A DNA stretch of 63,430 nucleotides, filler included, from Octopus bimaculoides (Eukaryota), in assembly GCF_001194135.2 (NCBI RefSeq). It is 5 parts of 5 records of this genome, joined end to end, with 100 filler letters (N's around TTAATTAATTAA, not from the genome) between each part and the next. Parts side by side here need not be neighbours in the genome. Positions count along the whole stretch, not along the records: positions 53,269 to 63,430 come from NC_068982.1; 4 more parts are not named here. The stretch is one strand, 5' to 3'. The stretch's first letter is position 1; every line of letters begins with the position of its first letter. Below, piece by piece: positions 60,442 through 63,430 of the stretch. The notes beneath the pieces were generated by a model. That model saw nothing but the letters and a program-made list of their open reading frames with translations, made no database searches and was not told where the DNA came from. A program made the translations under genes and the position numbers.

Positions 60442-63156
60442 AGTTCTGTCTGTTCACATATCTCAACATCTGTATTTTTCTCAGTTATCCAGTATTTTAA
60501 CGGTGGGAATTAGAGACTTTGTAATTGAACAGATTAACGAACAAGCAATCTAGTCTGCAGTCTTATTACTTATTTTCAATTTTTGTATATTTTTTTATGC
60601 ATGTTAACCTTACCTAACTAGTAATAAACGTATTGTAGTGCATGTTACATATTACTATCTCTGTTTATATTCACTGGCATTGTCTCCAGTTCCCGCTGTG
60701 TTAAAATATAGGATAACCTCTTCGCTGTGAGAAATAAAAAGAAATTATCACTATTATATTATTTATTTTTAATTACTTAGTGTTTTTTCGTTAACTTTTC
60801 TAATATTCATCTCCTAAACGAAATTGAGAATTATATTTTCATTTCAATATGGTAGGAAGCAGAGCAGGTCGAATAACAGACTACTGATAGCTCGTCAAAC
60901 TTGGGAAAGAACTGAAACATGTCACTGATAAAAAATATCCAATAAGTGAGCCTCTCTACTTGACCACTAAAACTGTTAGAAATGGCGACCAACTTGCTCT
61001 CAAATCATACCCTACAACTTCAAAATTGGAAGGAAATATTAAATAATGTTGCCACTATCTAAAACAAAAAAAAATACTAGATGGTTCTATCAGAAGGAAA
61101 AAAAATATAAGGAAAGATTTACAACTAATCATTGGAAATCCCAAATATGAGAGGACTATTCCATTTTGGCTCTTAATTGAACTTTGTAGATAGTAAACAA
61201 CAGATTAGAACCGATGTATTTTCTAGCACTGAAAAAGAAGTCTGGTCTTTGTGAAGTAGTCTGTTATATATGTGCATGTGTGAGTGTTTGTGTGTGTATG
61301 TGTATGTAAAAATATTAATTAAAAGTATCATTTTAAAACATTACTAAAAAAGCAGCACAATTTCATGATTTGGATTGTTTGGGATTTATGATGTTTATTA
61401 TAATGTTCTTTTCTACTTAGGCACAAGGCCTAAAATTTGGGGAGAGAGGGTGAGTTGATTCGATAGACCTCAGTACGCAACTGGTACAACCCTGAAATGC
61501 AGAGTAGAGGAAATAACTGAGTACTGGAGTTTGACTGGCAGCTATTCCATCATTCGTAATGGTCTCTGTTGGAACCTCGGGTATTCTCAGATATCGTGCT
61601 GCTGATTTCCTCTGTGAAAGCGGTATAACAGCGGCCTGTCTGAGGAATGAAGCCACGATGTTGCGTGACTGTTGCAGCAAGTGTTGCTGGCTATTCTCCA
61701 CAGCAATGCCTTTGCTATTATGTCCTTGGGCTAAACACACTGTTCAGATTGGGGAGTATAGCCTGTTACTCTCTCCCCTCCCCTTTCTTTCGTTGCCTAA
61801 TTTCCCTGTTTTCTTTTTTTTATTTCCTTCTTGAAGGAACTTTGGGTTTATTGTTTTGGTGGTTGAATTCTGATTTCACTTACATTTTTCTAAAGCGAAT
61901 GATAGCATTAATTTTTTGATACTTTTTTTCTTCTTTTAATCAATTTACCTTTTCGTGCTCAAATAAAGGTATATCCTTAATTATGTAACCCAAATGCAAG
62001 TCTAACTTTGTGAAACAACAAAATCAATTTTCATGCCTTTCTTAAAACACATTTTTGCTTCAAATTAAAGGACATTACTTTGCAAGAGTTCTAGTACTGC
62101 TTTGAACTATTGAAAACGCGTCTGGTCCGATGCATTGCTTCAAATGGAGATTACTTTGAAGGTAATAAATTGCAAACATGTAAAACTAAGTGAATAAAAT
62201 AATATTGCAAAATTCCGGTTTCTTTTGGGTACCCTCTCGTAATATTGTAATTTAAAGGCTCAATTTCATGCCTGTTATTATCAATATATTCTTTGCTAGT
62301 TTGGAATTACGATTCATGTATTGCAGTCGTATAGAAAACATTACAAATGGTTCTGAATAAAGATTTCATGAGTCACTACATTGGTTGACATCAAAACTTT
62401 TGACACCAATGCAATGGACAGCAGGCACCAAATTGCAGTGTTTAATTATATATATCCCATTTCCAATTTGCTTTAAAACACTGGCAAATTAACTTTATCT
62501 TTTATCTTTCCTGTGGAGTCAGGTTTCATAGAATAAGTTTCAGGCAAGAACTGTAGTCGGTTAAGTAGATTGTATTTGCACGCAAAAATAATTTGCCCTT
62601 TTATTGCATTAAAAATTCTTGTTTCAAATGTATATACTATGAAGACTTGTCAGTAAGGAAGCTACATCACATTTTGCTCTCTAAACAGAAGTTCATTATA
62701 ATGATAAGAAATAGTATTTTGGTTAATTTACTAGGACATGTCCTTCATCTTTTATTAATTTTCCAACATCAGTGTAATTATACAATTTTTTTAAATGTAA
62801 CTTTGCAGCTAACATCCTTCACTGTTAGTGTCTGAAAAAAGGAAAAGAGAAACAGATTACTGTGTGTATGTATGCATGTACATACATACATATGTACATC
62901 TATACATACATAAATACATACCTAGGTACGTACATACATACATTACATTACATACACAAATATATACGTACATACATAGATACATACACACGTACACATA
63001 TACACACACAAATACATATAAATATGTATGCATATATATATGTATACATACATATACAGATAGACAGATAGATAGATAGATAGAGAGATAGAGAGATAGA
63101 CAGATAGATAGATAGGTACATAGATATGCATGTATACATTTGTATGTATATTTATA

Positions 63157-63196
<40 letters not shown>

Positions 63197-63297
63197 TCAG
63201 TAAATAGTGGGGTTGTGTTAACCGCACGTGGAGAAATAATAGGAAAATGAAAAAAAGCCAGAATGCTGAACTGGAAGCATAATTTAATAAAGATTTT

Positions 63298-63338
63298 TTC
63301 TAACCGGTTTTCATTGCGATGAAGCAAATTATCAAGAA
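63298..63338 (-). ncRNA. Minimal hammerhead ribozyme fold, U3-A8 core variant (second copy)
   Basis: UUC-UUGAUAA-UUUGC(uucauc)GCAAU-GAA-AACCGGUU-A-GAA. The flanking sequence resembles that of the 27432 copy. Confidence 0.55.
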
Positions 63339-63430
63339 GGAGAATGAAAATGTTTTTTTACAAAGAAGTACAAAAAAGTACAAAATGAAGAAAATAATAT
63401 ATAAAACAATAATATATAAAAAAATAAATA

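Noticed and set aside
166-63227. Most ORFs in the track (poly-HT, CV, YI, K, N, X)
   Set aside because: Translations of (CA)n, (TA)n, (ATAC)n, (GAA)n and (AAT)n repeats or of N gaps.

Overview
Eukaryotic, AT-rich, gap-ridden (many N runs), microsatellite-saturated genomic DNA. The repeat families look like those of octopus (coleoid cephalopod) assemblies; this is an inference, not a database result. Almost all ORFs in the supplied track are microsatellite or gap artefacts. Two real protein-coding genes are supported. One is a complete 4-exon, 135-aa intracellular lipid-binding protein (FABP family; + strand, 54986-60441) that lacks the usual carboxylate-binding Arg/Tyr residues. The other is a large minus-strand exon (33060-33800) encoding a TMEM70/186/223-like mitochondrial membrane protein. 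There are also candidate first exons and promoters (6713-6754 minus, about 3.6 kb plus, 14369-14428 minus, 37.6-38.9 kb). Decayed mobile elements include Ty3/Gypsy, rosa-type DD41D Tc1/mariner, R4/Dong, RTE, Tx1/L1, CR1-like, pogo- and mariner-type MITEs, and at least five tRNA-type SINE families. The most notable unannotated signals are: (i) three minimal hammerhead-ribozyme folds on the minus strand (17462-17507, 27432-27473, 63298-63338), two sharing a U3-A8 compensatory core variant with completely different but paired stems; (ii) a family of foldback elements built around head-to-head telomeric TTAGGG/CCCTAA arrays (30.0, 36.2 and 38.4 kb); (iii) 270-bp direct repeats bracketing the TMEM70-like exon; (iv) several long hairpins at 39-44.5 kb. 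SINE and LINE boundaries are approximate, read by eye.
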